Source of the DNA: Octopus sinensis
Taxonomy: Eukaryota
Direction: 5' to 3'
Length of the DNA: 64,000 bases
Assembly (NCBI RefSeq): GCF_006345805.1
Contig: NC_043021.1
Span: forward strand, 15,066,001 to 15,130,000
In this document: piece by piece, positions 63,299 through 64,000 of the stretch
Layout of the letters: each line of letters starts with the position of its first letter
How positions within the stretch are numbered: the first letter of the stretch is position 1
Made by a program: the position numbers and the translations under genes
Notes under the pieces: generated by a model
Database searches by the model: none
Told to the model about the DNA's origin: nothing
What the model saw: the letters and a program-made list of their open reading frames with translations, nothing else

Positions 63299-64000
63299 AA
63301 GAATTGTGTAACATTTTTGTGAGGAGTAAAAATAGAGTCTATACTCTCTGCTGGTTTGTATTTGGAACCTGGCAGAAGTCCAGAACCACTATCAATGCAA
63401 TGCAATTACATCAATATTTTCTTCATCAGCATTGGATTTGAGATCATCTTGGGGAGGAATGGAAGAGATAAAGTCATATGGATGGGAAAGAAAAGGTCAC
63501 TTTGCAACTAAATGGTTTTAAAGTTCCATCTTAGTGTATGACACCTTGAGCAAGTCTCTTCTACAAGAGCCCTGGACTGACCAGTGCTTTCTGAGTAAAT
63601 TTGATAGATGGAAACTGCGTGGAAGCCTTAAATATACATGTGTATGAGTGCATGTGTGTATGTTCGTGTGTGTGCGTTCGTGTGTGTGTGTGTGTGTGGA
63701 ACCGAAGGAACAGGTAAAATCCAGGTGAGCACCTCAGTAGCACTTCATGTAGGTACCTGGTTAGCATAATTTTCGAAAAATGGTATAGCAAGACCAATTT
63801 CTATTATGGCATATTGAAGTTGACTAGCCTTTCATAGGCTCAGCCCATTAATCTGGCATGGGCTGGACAGTTTGACTGGAGTTGTTAAAGCCAGGGGTCA
63901 CACTAGACTCCATTGTCTGTTCTGGCATCAGCTGGATGCCCTTCCTAATGCCAACCACTCTGTAGAGTGTAGCGAGTATTTTTAACATGGCCCCTGCATG

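Overview
Eukaryotic, very AT-rich and microsatellite-rich DNA. Its SINE, RTE and MITE families suggest an octopus (inference; no taxon is given). One gene is firmly supported: the last five coding exons of DYNC2LI1 (cytoplasmic dynein-2 light intermediate chain 1) on the + strand at 2430-2500, 12185-12230, 16016-16067, 19376-19468 and 24126-24203. They splice in frame to ...KLHEVDHNKPLSVYVGHDSLQSIGHLTPGGQDSREMQNKSLVENFEFVFTKYFPQEKSADPQTAADPSQEPQFKEHDIDILKRQKDQELEQRRQRPFNTREQTVEKIYIDDF*. The ORF track does not annotate them; nearly all long ORFs in it are microsatellite artefacts. The rest of the window is tRNA-derived SINEs, RTE LINE pieces, mariner/maT relics, a Penelope GIY-YIG relic, several MITE families, minisatellites and a few weak candidate exons. 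The most interesting signal is a set of about 8 type-I hammerhead ribozyme-like motifs of the Penelope kind. One has a complete fold and canonical core (20341-20439, minus strand), one family carries a shared A6U core change, and three copies sit in tandem about 420 nt apart. Other highlights: inverted piggyBac-like MITEs bracketing an in-frame DYNC2LI1 exon, a pure (CAT)n insertion flanked by a 12-bp target-site duplication, and a recurrent palindromic junction in SINE multimers. All folds and alignments were done by eye.
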